A stretch of DNA of 64,000 nt from a virus (taxonomy: Duplodnaviria; Caudoviricetes), in the IMG/VR virus record IMGVR_UViG_3300036783_000170, positions 10,501 to 74,500 of that record. One strand, written 5' to 3'. Positions 30,913 through 40,818 of this stretch are shown one piece after another. A model generated the notes under the pieces. The model worked only from the letters and a program-made list of their open reading frames with translations. It searched no databases and was not told the DNA's origin. Numbering within the stretch: the first letter of the stretch is position 1; every line of letters starts with the position of its first letter. The position numbers and the translations under genes were made by a program.

Positions 30913-32759
30913 ATGGGACTGGGCAGCCGACGCGCTAGCCGTCACGACACCGAGGCGGTGCGCAAGCTCGCCGGAGTGCGCTCGGAGGACTACTGGGATC
31001 ACTCGCCGGGCGACCACGTGATGACCTGCGACGGGTTCCCCGGCGTGGTCACCGCCGTGCTGGACGGGTTCGCCCCGGGCAACGAGTCGTACGAGGTAAA
31101 GCTGGACGGCGGGACCGGCGGCGGCCTGTACTCCAGCGGGCAGCTGCGGCAGCGCGCCAGCACGGAGGCGAGCACCGCCCACACGGCGGAGTCCGACTAC
31201 CCGGAGCTTGGGTCGATCCTCCGCGACCGGCCCGACCCGGCGCTGGACCAGGTGATGGCCCGCCGGCAGGCGGCGGAGTACTCCCCGGAGACCGAGGAGG
31301 CCGAGCTGGTCAACCCCGGCATCTCCGCCAGCGACCCCGAGCTGGACCCCGACGCGGTCGAGGAGGACTTCGACCACCAGGCGTCGCTGGGCACCAGCAC
31401 CGCGTACGCCATCCTCGCGGAGGCGATGGCGCAGGGCGCCACCGACGCGGAGGTGGACAGCCTGATGGCCGCCGCCGGCCTGCGCCGGTCCGCGACCTCA
31501 GCGAACCCGTGGGGCGAGCCGGAGCCGCGCCGGGTGGACTACCAGCCCGGCCCGACCTCGCCGCCGAACCCCGGCCAGAACCCGGCCTCCGCCGGGCCGC
31601 TGTCGGCGATGGACCCGGACGGCTGGAACCGTGGCGAGCTGCCGACCCGGGTCACTCCGATAGACGCGTATGCCGCGCTGCACGACGAGCCCGAGCCGGC
31701 GCTTCCGTTCACCGACGGCGCGGACGAGGCCGACTCGGACCTCCCGCGCCAGGCGCGCTTCCACTTCGCCAACCCTGCGCTGCTGGCAGCCCTACCCGAG
31801 CTGATGGGCGCCAGCGAGGCGGGTGCCGGCGGCGAGCTGGCGGGGTCGCTGCCGGGCATGATGGGCGGCGGTGAGTCCCACGGCGGAGGGGCCGACGAGG
31901 ACGCGGGGTCGCACCCGACGCCAGACCCGACCCAGACCGGCGAGCAGGCGATCCGGGACCCAGCGGTGACCTCCCGCGCGGGCCTGAACATCGAGCCCGA
32001 CCCGGAGATGGACGACGCGGCCATGTCCGACCTGGCCCCTAGGGCGGCGATGGCCGACGACGTCGACGACGTGGTCAGGCAGTTCCAGGCCACCGCAGCC
32101 GGCAGGGACTTCAGCTCGGGGGTGAGCAAGACGGCGCTGAAGGACTTCACCGCCGACGAGCGTAAGTCTCTGATCGATGAGGGGCGCGGCACCCGTGCAG
32201 GAAATCTTGACAAACTGGACGTAGCCGGCACCCACTACGCAGCGCAGCTCGATGACGAGGACGTGACATGGCTGGGATGACCGACGCTCCGGTACCGATC
32301 GACAAGCAGCTCACCCCGCGCGCCGCGCGCAAGAGCCGTACCCCCGAGTCAGAGGCCCCGCCGACGCAGCCGATGGTCGAGGAGTTCCGGGTGGTCGATC
32401 CGTTCGAGGGCAAGACCACCAAGGTCGAGGGCGTCGTCGGCCTCTACCACGTGGCCCAGGTGAGGGACGAGATCGCCGCCGCCGCCGGTCTGGAGCCCGA
32501 CGGCGTCCAGATCGCGCTGATCCTCAGGGACCCGTACAGCGAGGCCAGCGAGGACAACCCAGGCGTCGTCTACGTCAGCCCCGCCGTCGACGTGAAGCTG
32601 GTCAAGAAGGCGCTGGCCGACCACGAGGCGGACCCGCAGTACGGGGTCACCGAGGAGCACGCCGAGTGGCTCAAGCTCAAGGAGAGGCTCCAGGGCGACG
32701 AGGACATGTCCACCGCCGAGCTTCGTGACGCACTGCGGGCCGTGGCTAACCGTATGTAG
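30913..32759 (+). CDS. Acidic head protein (30913-32280) and downstream ORF (~32277-32759)
   Basis: Long GC3-rich ORFs; multiple RxA/HTA junction motifs. Confidence 0.7.
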
Positions 32760-32762
32760 CCA

Positions 32763-32796
32763 CTGTCCGCGCGGCGTCGAGCCGCTCGAATAGACA
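32763..32796 (+). promoter_or_regulatory. Putative late promoter
   Basis: CTGTCC ... GAATAGACAG, 25-nt offset. Confidence 0.7.
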
Positions 32797-32825
32797 GAGG
32801 GAACGCTTCTCACGTTGGAGGGAAG

Positions 32826-34317
32826 ATGGCACTCATCGGACTCGTACTCGTCATCGTGGCGGGGATCCTGGTCGTCGTCCACATCGCGCTCGGCTCCCGG
32901 GGGAACGCGTGGGCGGGCAGCGGGTACCTACTCCCGGTAGCCCTGCTCCTCGTGATCGCCGCCCTGGCCTTCTTCGGGGTCCAGCCACTCGTTAAGGGCT
33001 GAGCGATCAGCCGCGCAGCAACCAGCACGAGATGGGCGGCCCGTCATGGTCGATAGCGCACCATCCATGCACGAGATCAGCCGCCGGCTCGACGAGGTCG
33101 TGACGCGGCTGGAGTCGCTGTCCGGGCACCTGGAGAAGACGTACGTACGGCTCGACCTATTCCAGGCCACCCGGCAGCTCTCCGACACCGAGCGGCAGCA
33201 GATGGACGTGCGGCTGTCGAAGCTGGAGTCGAGGCAGGAGTGGCTGGTCCGCACGGTAGGCGGGATCATCATCGCAGCGGTCCTCGGGGCCGTCATCGCG
33301 ACGACGAAGCTCACCGGCGGGGGATGACGACTGTGCTGAGGCGAGCGACGGCCGCCGCAGGCAAGGGCGTGGCCAAGGTCTTCGACCGGAAGACGCTGGT
33401 CGTCCTCATCGTGCTCGCCATCAGCCTCTCGGTCCTGTTCGCGGTGGTCGACAGCGTCCGGTCCCGTCGGGACGCGGAGCGGCACTCGATCGCCGTCGAC
33501 GCGCACTCGGCCGCCGTCGACGCCCAGAACCAGCAGCTCATCAAGCAGGCGGCGGCGGCGGCCGCCGAGGCCCGCAGGAACACCCAGCAGCTGGCCCAGC
33601 TACAGGCCCAGCTCGCGGAGCAGAACCGCCAGCTGGCGGCCCTGAGGCAGCAGCTGCTGGACTCGGGCATCTCCCCGACCAGTACGACGCCTACGACTCC
33701 CTCGGGACCGTCAGCGACCGGCTCAGGGGCGGGGTCGCGCACCTCCGGCGGCCCTACCCCCGTGAGCCCGAAGCCGACCCCGTCGAGGCCCGTGGTGAAG
33801 CCCCCAGTCCCGCCCCCGCCCGCCCACGGACCAGGTGGGATCGTGGGGGTCGTCTGCAGCGTCCCCCTGGTCAACGACCTGCTGTGCTGAGGAGATCATG
33901 ATGGACGAAGAGGGGCACTCGCCGCAGACCATCGACGAGCTGCGCACGGTCGTGGCCGGCCTGACGAGCGTGGTCAAGGACCTGCAGGTGACGGTGAAGG
34001 ACCAGGTCCCGGTGACGACGAGGCGTCGGACGATCGGGTGGATCATCCTGCTGGTCCTGGTCGCGGCGATCGGCGGCCTGCTGATCACCCAGCGGATGGA
34101 CACGGCCTTCCAGCAGAAGGCCAACATCGCCGCCTGCGAGGCAGAGAACGACCAGCTCCGCTCGGCGCGCTCCCTCTACCAGGGGTTGATCGTGGCGGAG
34201 CAGCAGATCCCGTCGACCTCCGGGACGAACATCTCGATCAAGCAGGCCAGGATCTCCGCGTACATGACGGCCATCAACGCCATCAAGATCACTGACTGCC
34301 AGCGGCAGTACGGGTAG
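32826..34317 (+). CDS. Four-gene membrane cassette (32826-33002, 33046-33327, 33324-33890, 33898-34317); holin/lysis-like
   Basis: Two-TM 58-aa protein; coiled coil with C-terminal TM; two TM + coiled-coil proteins; own late-type promoter. Confidence 0.55.
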
Positions 34318-34536
34318 CCTACTGACATGCGGTGGACGATCGAGCCGGACGGCGACGACCTGATGCTGATCGAGGGCCGCCGTGCGCGGCTCTGGGGCGC
34401 GACCGAGGACGAGGTCAAGAGGTACCTGCGCAAGCACATGACCTCTGGCGACGAGGTCCGCCGGGTCGAGCCCGACGGGTCGATCACGACGACTCGTGAC
34501 GCTCCCCTGGGCCGCCGGCACTGGCGCAGCTAGCTC

Positions 34537-34567
34537 CTGCCGCCACGTATCCGAGCCCGAGGAATGG
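34537..34567 (+). promoter_or_regulatory. Putative late promoter
   Basis: CTGCCG ... GAATGGG, 25-nt offset. Confidence 0.55.
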
Positions 34568-34590
34568 GTAAGGACACGGAGGTGGGCGGG

Positions 34591-36798
34591 ATGCTGCGTA
34601 AGTTCGCGACCGCGATGGTGCTCGATAAGTTCGTGGTGCCAGCGGACGCCGGGGCCGAGGCCATGCGGCGGATCGCGCACCGGCACGAGTTCCAGTACGA
34701 CGTGAGGCCGGGCTACCTCTATGTCCGTTCTCGTATGATTAGTTCCAGATGTAACGACAACTACGACGAGTTCCCCGCAGAAGAGATCAAGAAGGCGTAC
34801 CGGACCTTCGTCGGCAAGCCCGTCTTCGTCAACCACAACAACGAGGACCACCGGCGCGCCCGGGGCGTGATCATCGACGCCGCCCTGCACGACGACCGGA
34901 ACCCCGACGGCACCCCCGACCTGTGGGTCGAGGGGCTGATGGAGATCGACGCCGTCCGGTTCCCGATGCTGGCCAAGGCCATCGTCGCCGGCCACGTGGA
35001 CCGCACCTCGATGGGCACCGACGTGGCGTTCTCCGTCTGCTCGATCTGCAACAACAAGGCCACCACGCCGCTGGAGTACTGCCGGCACATCCCCGCGCAG
35101 AAGGGGCGCCGGATCTTCCGCGCCAACCCGAAGACCGGCAAGAGGGTCGGCGTGCTGGTCCGGGAGACCTGCTACGGGCTCTCATTCTTCGAGAACAGCC
35201 TGCTGGTCGAGCCCCCGGCGGACCCGACGGCGTTCTTCACGGGCGTCGACGCGCGCGGGCTGAGCGCCCACGCCGCCCGGCACCCGGAGGCGCCGAAGGG
35301 CAAGCCGACCCCTAAGCGTCAGACCCCCGCCGCGCGCCGGCAGGAGGGCGAGCGGCTCGCGTCCCTGCGCGCCGTCGTCGCCGAGGGCGAGGAGGCTGGG
35401 CCGCCGCCGAACCACCGGCCGCAGGGCGACCCCGTGGTCCGCGAGGAGGCCGCCTGCGCGACCTGCGGCGGCGCGATCTTCCACTCAAAGAACGGCGACG
35501 TGTGGATCCACTCCGAGCAGACCGGCGGCGGGATGCCGCACCAGGCCAACCCCGGCGAGGAGGGGTACGACGGCGCCAGCGGCCAGATGGTCCCGCAGAA
35601 CAAGGCGTACGAGAGCCACTCGACCAGCAAGGAGTCGCACCTCTCCGACGGCGCGCACAGCGAGAAGGAGATGGACGACTACAACCGTGGCCGCCGGGTG
35701 GACCTGGAGGACCCGATCGACCTCAAGAGCCACCTGATGGAGACCCACGGCTGGGCTCCGGAGGACTTCCACCAGCACGCCATGGACCGCCACCACCCGG
35801 CGCTCGGGGACACCGACGGCGCGAGCCGGCCGTACACCAGCACCGAGGTCCAGCACATCCACGCGTTCGAGCACACCCCGGCCGGCGGCGGCCACGACTT
35901 CCCGGACGCCCGGGTGGAGGACGGCATGCACAGGCACGCGTCGCTGGTGGCCGAGGCCAAGCCGAAGTACGAGGACCCGGGCGAGCACCCGGCGATGAAG
36001 GCGCTCGGCCTGCACCCCGGCAACGTCGTCGGCCACTGGGACATGGCCACCGACGAGGAGAAGGGCCAGGGCAAGAACTGGTACGAGGACGCCCACCACA
36101 TCGCCAAGGCGATCGCGGGCGGCGACGCGCACAAGGGCGCGGGGGTGCTGGCCGCGTACTCCCCGCAGACCGCGTGGCCGGCGAACATGTTCAACGCGTC
36201 CCGGTCGTTCCGGGAGGGCAAGGCGATCGGCGGCAAGGGCTCCGGCGTGATGGCTTCTGGCCAGATGCGCGACGCCGCGCAGCGGATCATGAACGGCGAG
36301 CGGCACGAGGACGTATTCAAGGGCAACAAGATCAGCGACTTCGCGCACCTGATCGAGCACGGCGGCAACAAGGACGACAACGACCCGAAGGTCGTCGTCG
36401 ACCGACACGCGCTGTCGGTGGCCGCTGGCCGTCGGCTCCCGGAGACCGAGACGGGCCCCGCGCAGGCTGCGATCGCGAACCGCCACTACTACCAGCACGC
36501 GGTGGACACCTACCACCAGGCCGCGAAGCACATCAACGAGCGCGACGGCCGCACGGGCGAGGACCAGGTGAAGCCGCACGAGGTGCAGGCCGTCACCTGG
36601 CTGGCCCGGCAGCGGATGAACCAGAAGGAGGACCGCGACTCCGGTACCGCGATGGGCAAGGGCCGCGCGAGCGGCTTCGAGAAGGCGCACCAGCAGTGGC
36701 TGGAGCATGCCCGGAACCACTACGACGGGTTGGAAGGCAACATGCACATGGCCCTGCTGCGCGCGCCCAAGGAGTCCCAAAGGCGCACAGGTGCCTAG
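34591..36798 (+). CDS. Probable capsid maturation protease fused to a His-rich linker and an HhH-GPD-like (DUF7178-like) domain
   Basis: N-term YLYVRSRMISSRCNDNYDEFP..EI..AYRTFVGKPVFVNHNN...TSMG...CSIC...CYG..FFENS.LVEPPADP.A; C-term WYEDA...AGVLAAYSP..AW..N...GNKISDF...VVVDRHA...QAVTW; ATG 34591 has SD GGAGG. Confidence 0.7.
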   Translation: MLRKFATAMVLDKFVVPADAGAEAMRRIAHRHEFQYDVRPGYLYVRSRMISSRCNDNYDEFPAEEIKKAYRTFVGKPVFVNHNNEDHRRARGVIIDAALHDDRNPDGTPDLWVEGLMEIDAVRFPMLAKAIVAGHVDRTSMGTDVAFSVCSICNNKATTPLEYCRHIPAQKGRRIFRANPKTGKRVGVLVRETCYGLSFFENSLLVEPPADPTAFFTGVDARGLSAHAARHPEAPKGKPTPKRQTPAARRQEGERLASLRAVVAEGEEAGPPPNHRPQGDPVVREEAACATCGGAIFHSKNGDVWIHSEQTGGGMPHQANPGEEGYDGASGQMVPQNKAYESHSTSKESHLSDGAHSEKEMDDYNRGRRVDLEDPIDLKSHLMETHGWAPEDFHQHAMDRHHPALGDTDGASRPYTSTEVQHIHAFEHTPAGGGHDFPDARVEDGMHRHASLVAEAKPKYEDPGEHPAMKALGLHPGNVVGHWDMATDEEKGQGKNWYEDAHHIAKAIAGGDAHKGAGVLAAYSPQTAWPANMFNASRSFREGKAIGGKGSGVMASGQMRDAAQRIMNGERHEDVFKGNKISDFAHLIEHGGNKDDNDPKVVVDRHALSVAAGRRLPETETGPAQAAIANRHYYQHAVDTYHQAAKHINERDGRTGEDQVKPHEVQAVTWLARQRMNQKEDRDSGTAMGKGRASGFEKAHQQWLEHARNHYDGLEGNMHMALLRAPKESQRRTGA

Positions 36799-37873
36799 GC
36801 TCGCGTACGGGGAGACGGTAGCGCCGGAGCAGGTCGACACGCTCCGGGACGAGGAGTGCCCGATCTGCGGCACCACCGACGCCTTCGACGGCGACCGGTG
36901 CCAGGAGTGCGGGTTCGTGCTGCCGCCGTCGTTCGTTCGCGACCCGGACCTAGAGCTGGCCAAGCAGCTGGACCTCCGAGGCAAGGACTCGGAGCCGCCG
37001 ACGCTCACCCCGGAGGAGGCCGGCCCCGGCGGGCCCACCCCCGGGCCGGTGCCGCTGGACCCGGGCCAGATCGCGGAGGACGGCTCCGTGCCCAGCGAGG
37101 AGCAGGACACCGTCGACCCCGACGAGGTCCCCGAGGACACCGACGAGGACGAGGCCGCCGAGGACGGCGTCGCGGAGCTGCCGCCCGACGAGCAGCCCGC
37201 TGTCGACCCGGCGGCGGCCGAGGGGCACGTGCAGCAGGGCGGCGAGTCGTTCACCGAGGGGCCGAACGACCCCGAGAGGCCCGAGCAGCCCGTCGACCCG
37301 CAGGACCTCGACGAGGACGGCGAGCTGACCGAAGAGCCCCAAGAGGCCGCTGAGGAGCCCCAAGAGGGCGCTGAGGAACCCCCGGAGAGCTCGGAGGCCC
37401 CCGATGAGGTACCGGGAGCGGGTGTGGGCCCGGAGGACGACTCCGGGGTCGTGGAGGGTGACGTGGAGACCCTGGGCGAGGAGGAGCCCCAGCAGGCGAC
37501 CACCGTCGGCGAGCCACCGCCCCCAGGGACGCCCGGGGACGAGACCCCCGACCTGGTGTGCCCGGCGTGCGGCTACACCGCGCCGGCAGCCCGACCGACG
37601 AGCACGAGCATGGACGACCCGTCGAGCCCGGACGCCGACGGTGACGGGCTGCTGGCCGGCGACGCGTGCCCGCAGTGCGGGATGGCCACGGTGATGCCGA
37701 TCAGCGACCTGGAGGAGATGGACGCCGAGGCGCCCGTCGAGGAGGGGGTCGAGCCTGAGGACGACGCTGAGGGGGCGCCAGAGGAAGAGGGCGAGGCTCC
37801 CGAGGAGGACGAGGAAGTACCAGAAGAGGACGACCAGGACGGCGACGAGGAGAAGAAGCCGCCGTTCGAGTAG
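36791..37873 (+). CDS. Very acidic head protein with two Zn ribbons (scaffold-like)
   Basis: CPICG..CQECG and CPACG..CPQCG; D/E/P-rich; GTG start overlaps the upstream stop. Confidence 0.7.
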   Translation: MPRLAYGETVAPEQVDTLRDEECPICGTTDAFDGDRCQECGFVLPPSFVRDPDLELAKQLDLRGKDSEPPTLTPEEAGPGGPTPGPVPLDPGQIAEDGSVPSEEQDTVDPDEVPEDTDEDEAAEDGVAELPPDEQPAVDPAAAEGHVQQGGESFTEGPNDPERPEQPVDPQDLDEDGELTEEPQEAAEEPQEGAEEPPESSEAPDEVPGAGVGPEDDSGVVEGDVETLGEEEPQQATTVGEPPPPGTPGDETPDLVCPACGYTAPAARPTSTSMDDPSSPDADGDGLLAGDACPQCGMATVMPISDLEEMDAEAPVEEGVEPEDDAEGAPEEEGEAPEEDEEVPEEDDQDGDEEKKPPFE

Positions 37874-37918
37874 GAGCAGGTCGGGGCGGGTACCCGCGAC
37901 CTGACGAGAGGAGCCATC

Positions 37919-38002
37919 ATGCGCGGAGGTTACTGGGGCGGCGGCCTGGTCGGCCTGGTCCTGCTCATCATCCTGGTCGTGATCCTGGTGCGGCTCGTCT
38001 AG
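37919..38002 (+). CDS. 27-aa single-TM peptide (not in ORF track)
   Basis: SD GAGAGGAG; MRGGYWGGGLVGLVLLIILVVILVRLV; followed by a hairpin. Confidence 0.65.
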   Translation: MRGGYWGGGLVGLVLLIILVVILVRLV

Positions 38003-38017
38003 TAGATCATATGATGT

Positions 38018-38051
38018 AGGGGCGCCAGGGTGCTGCGGTCCTGGCGCCCCT
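38018..38051 (+). terminator. GC hairpin terminator
   Basis: AGGGGCGCCAGG-N10-CCTGGCGCCCCT, 12-bp stem. Confidence 0.6.
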
Positions 38052-38053
38052 CC

Positions 38054-38085
38054 CTGTCCTGTCCTGCCTCTCGGCCACGGAATGT
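38054..38085 (+). promoter_or_regulatory. Putative late promoter
   Basis: CTGTCC ... GAATGT, 26-nt offset. Confidence 0.55.
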
Positions 38086-38135
38086 GAGAGAGCCGCCGTC
38101 GGCGACTCAGCCAGGTCGAAGGACAGGAGTAAGCC

Positions 38136-39059
38136 GTGGCTAAGGCAAGCGCAGGGACGCGCCCGGTGATCGCCGCCGTGCAGGGCCAGCAGAAGAACCT
38201 CCAGACGCTCAAGGGCGTCGTGGTCGCGCAGTCCCACGAGATCGAGAAGCTGAAGCTCAAGCTGGCGTACGTGGCCCGGCTGGCCGGCGTCTCGGACGAG
38301 ATGGACGCCATCGAGAAGCGCGCCAACCAGATCAAGCGGGCCGACGTGGCGAACCCCGGCCAGCCGGTCCCCGACCCCGCCTCCCAGGGCCCGACCGAGA
38401 GCACCGAGCAGGCCGTCACCCCCGAGACCTACGACGACCCGCGCCGGCCCGGTCAGACCCCGGGCTCCGTGCAGGACCTGCCGGCGGACGCCACTGACCT
38501 GGCCCTGAACCCGGGCGAGACCCTGCCGACCTCCCCGTACGGCGACATGGTGGACGTGACCGCGCCGGTGGCCGGCACCGAGACCCACGTCCCGAACGAG
38601 CAGACCCGGATCGAGACCGACGTGCGGGTCGGCGACCCGATGAGCATGGACACCGCGTTCCCCTGGGTCACCAGCCCGAACCAGTCCAACGGCCAGCCCC
38701 CGGCGTCCGGCGAGATGGGCCAGGGCAAGGCGGCGTCGGTGTCCTCTGAAGACCTGGCGCGGGTGCGGACGTTCGCGTCCATCACACTCGCCCGGCTGCG
38801 CATCCAGGCCGGCATCGCCCAGGGCGACGACCTGTCGGTGGCCGGCTCGATCGAGCAGTCCGAGCTGACCGACGGGGCGATCGACCACGAGATCAAGACG
38901 CTGTCCAAGGTGCAGAAGGCCGCAGCGCAGCGGCCACGGCCGGCCGGGCTCGTCCCGCGATCGGCCAGCGCCCAGCGGACCACCCCGTCGCTGGCGGGCG
39001 GGGCGACCCCGTTCGCGCAGCCGGCCGTGAGCCAGCTGGTGGAGGACTCCTTCCTGTAG
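38136..39059 (+). CDS. Probable scaffolding protein
   Basis: N-terminal coiled coil, VDVTAPV motif, helical C-terminus; located before decoration and MCP genes. Confidence 0.6.
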   Translation: MAKASAGTRPVIAAVQGQQKNLQTLKGVVVAQSHEIEKLKLKLAYVARLAGVSDEMDAIEKRANQIKRADVANPGQPVPDPASQGPTESTEQAVTPETYDDPRRPGQTPGSVQDLPADATDLALNPGETLPTSPYGDMVDVTAPVAGTETHVPNEQTRIETDVRVGDPMSMDTAFPWVTSPNQSNGQPPASGEMGQGKAASVSSEDLARVRTFASITLARLRIQAGIAQGDDLSVAGSIEQSELTDGAIDHEIKTLSKVQKAAAQRPRPAGLVPRSASAQRTTPSLAGGATPFAQPAVSQLVEDSFL

Positions 39060-39069
39060 GCCCTCCGCA

Positions 39070-39104
39070 GAGACCCCGCCACCCCTCGTGGGCGACGGGG
39101 TCTC
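39070..39104 (+). terminator. Hairpin after the scaffold gene
   Basis: GAGACCCCG...CGGGGTCTC. Confidence 0.5.
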
Positions 39105-39107
39105 GTC

Positions 39108-39141
39108 CTGTCCGAGGGCGGTCGAGCGCGGAGAAGGTGCA
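39108..39141 (+). promoter_or_regulatory. Putative late promoter (variant)
   Basis: CTGTCC ... GAAGGTGCAG, 25-nt offset. Confidence 0.5.
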
Positions 39142-39209
39142 GGAGGAAGGGCTCGACGGAAGGTCCGGAGGGTCGACACGGCTCCCAGACAAAAGGAGGG
39201 CTGCATCTC

Positions 39210-39713
39210 ATGCTTCGAGTGCGAGACGCCAGCAAGTCCTATCTCAAGCGCACGCTCCGGGAGCTGTACGGCTTCCACCAGGCGACCCCGAAGAGCGTGT
39301 TCCTCGACGCCGCGTGGGACCGGTCGGTAGCCATCTGGCCCGGCATGGTCATGTCGCGCACGTCCGGCGAGAACGTCACCCTGTACGGCGCCAGCCCGCT
39401 GAACGTGGCGTACGGCCTGTGCGGGATGTACATCGGCGGCGACGGCATCGACGAGCTGCTCAACGCCGGCCTGAACGTGATGGCGGTCTGGGTACTGAAC
39501 CGGGACGCGGAGTTCGAGGTCCTCGCGCCGGCCTTCGACACCACGGCCACCTACACCGACCCGGGCGACGGCACTGAGGTGCTCCTCACGGCGGCCGTCA
39601 GCGGCGCGACCCGAGGCAAGCTCACCACCACCGGGGCCAACTCCGGCAACGCGATCGCGCGGCTGCTGAAGGTCAACTCGGCGACCAAGATCACCATCGG
39701 CGGACTCCGCTAA
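39210..39713 (+). CDS. Capsid decoration/cement protein
   Basis: 167 aa, immediately upstream of the MCP; IWPGMVM motif. Confidence 0.65.
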   Translation: MLRVRDASKSYLKRTLRELYGFHQATPKSVFLDAAWDRSVAIWPGMVMSRTSGENVTLYGASPLNVAYGLCGMYIGGDGIDELLNAGLNVMAVWVLNRDAEFEVLAPAFDTTATYTDPGDGTEVLLTAAVSGATRGKLTTTGANSGNAIARLLKVNSATKITIGGLR

Positions 39714-39741
39714 GACCGCTGCGAGAGGAGAGGTAACCAGC

Positions 39742-40722
39742 ATGAGCACTGCGCTCGCCCCCAGCGGCCTGTACGGCAAGGTCGCCATCAAGAGCGACGA
39801 CTACGTCGCCGCACTGGAGCGGAAGCGGGCCTCGGGCCCGCTGGACCACACCCAGAAGGTCCGTCGCCTGGCGATGGTCCTCTCCGACCAGGTCGACGGT
39901 ATCCGCCGGCTCGGCGTCGGCATGGTCGGCCCGATCCAGCTGAAGCTGCGCTACCAGGGCATCACCCGCAACGTGCTGGTCGAGGACCCGGTCACCCCGG
40001 GCACCCCGGTCCAGTACGACGTGTGGGACGACCTGGGCCAGGCGTACCTCATGTCCAGCACCGACGGCGAGGTCCGCGTGACCCCGTTCGAGGGCAAGCG
40101 CGTGGACGTGAACTTCTTCCGGATCGCCTCGCAGCCCACGATCCGCAAGGAGGACCTGTACTACCTCCGGATCAACGCGGTGGAGCAGGTCCAGGACGAG
40201 ACCAAGCAGTCGATCCTCAAGCAGGAGGACAACCGGCTGCTGCAGATCCTGCAGGCCGCGATCACCGACTACGCCAGCCGGCCGGACCACGTGGTCACCC
40301 CGAACCACACGATCACCGAGGCGTCGGGCTACCTGACCCCCGGCTCGCTGTACTCGGCGGTCGCGATGACGGACCTGCACGAGCTGCAGTCGGCGCGGAT
40401 CCTGATCAACCCGTTCGACTTCCGGGACATGTACCGCTGGGATATCAACCAGACCGGCTGGGCCTTCAAGGACCGGGTCGTCGCGGGTGAGACCATCACC
40501 AGCTTCGGCGAGTTCCAGATCCAGCGGTCGATCATCGTCCCGCAGAACAAGATCTTCTTGACCCCGGAGCCGAACTTCCTCGGTGTCTTCCCGGTCCTGT
40601 ACTCCCTGGACGTGGAGGAGAACCACCAGGTCGCCAGCTTCATGAAGGGCTGGGTCTTCGATGAGATGGTCAATATGACCGTTTTGAACCCCAGGGGCCT
40701 GGCAGTGATTAACAAGGTTTAG
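39742..40722 (+). CDS. Major capsid protein (Bxz1/cluster C-like)
   Basis: MVGPIQLKLRYQGITRNVLVED..TPG.PVQYDV.DDLGQAY...GEVRVTPFEGKR...KEDLYYLR...WDINQTGWAFKD...FLGVFPVLYSLDVEE...KGWV.DE...LNPRG. Confidence 0.92.
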   Translation: MSTALAPSGLYGKVAIKSDDYVAALERKRASGPLDHTQKVRRLAMVLSDQVDGIRRLGVGMVGPIQLKLRYQGITRNVLVEDPVTPGTPVQYDVWDDLGQAYLMSSTDGEVRVTPFEGKRVDVNFFRIASQPTIRKEDLYYLRINAVEQVQDETKQSILKQEDNRLLQILQAAITDYASRPDHVVTPNHTITEASGYLTPGSLYSAVAMTDLHELQSARILINPFDFRDMYRWDINQTGWAFKDRVVAGETITSFGEFQIQRSIIVPQNKIFLTPEPNFLGVFPVLYSLDVEENHQVASFMKGWVFDEMVNMTVLNPRGLAVINKV

Positions 40723-40751
40723 GGTTTGGGGGTAAAAACCCATCTCTTTAC

Positions 40752-40815
40752 TAGACATTGATAAGGGCCTCCACTAAACTCTGATCTAACCGTCAGAGAG
40801 AAGTGGAGGCCCTTA
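40752..40815 (+). promoter_or_regulatory. SigA-like promoter overlapping an RBS-sequestering hairpin
   Basis: TAGACA (40752)-N17-TAAACT (40775); 14-bp inverted repeat 40762-75/40802-15 covering GGAGG. Confidence 0.65.
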
Positions 40816-40818
40816 CTC

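Noticed and set aside
36766-36798. CCCAAAG at the protease / acidic-protein junction as a third frameshift site
   Set aside because: The heptamer is out of phase with the upstream ORF (codons TCC CAA AGG) and fusion would need +1. A GTG start at 36791 overlapping the stop explains the downstream gene.
40722-40748. GGGTTT...AAACCC as the MCP terminator
   Set aside because: Only a weak 6-bp stem with an 8-nt loop; not enough support.
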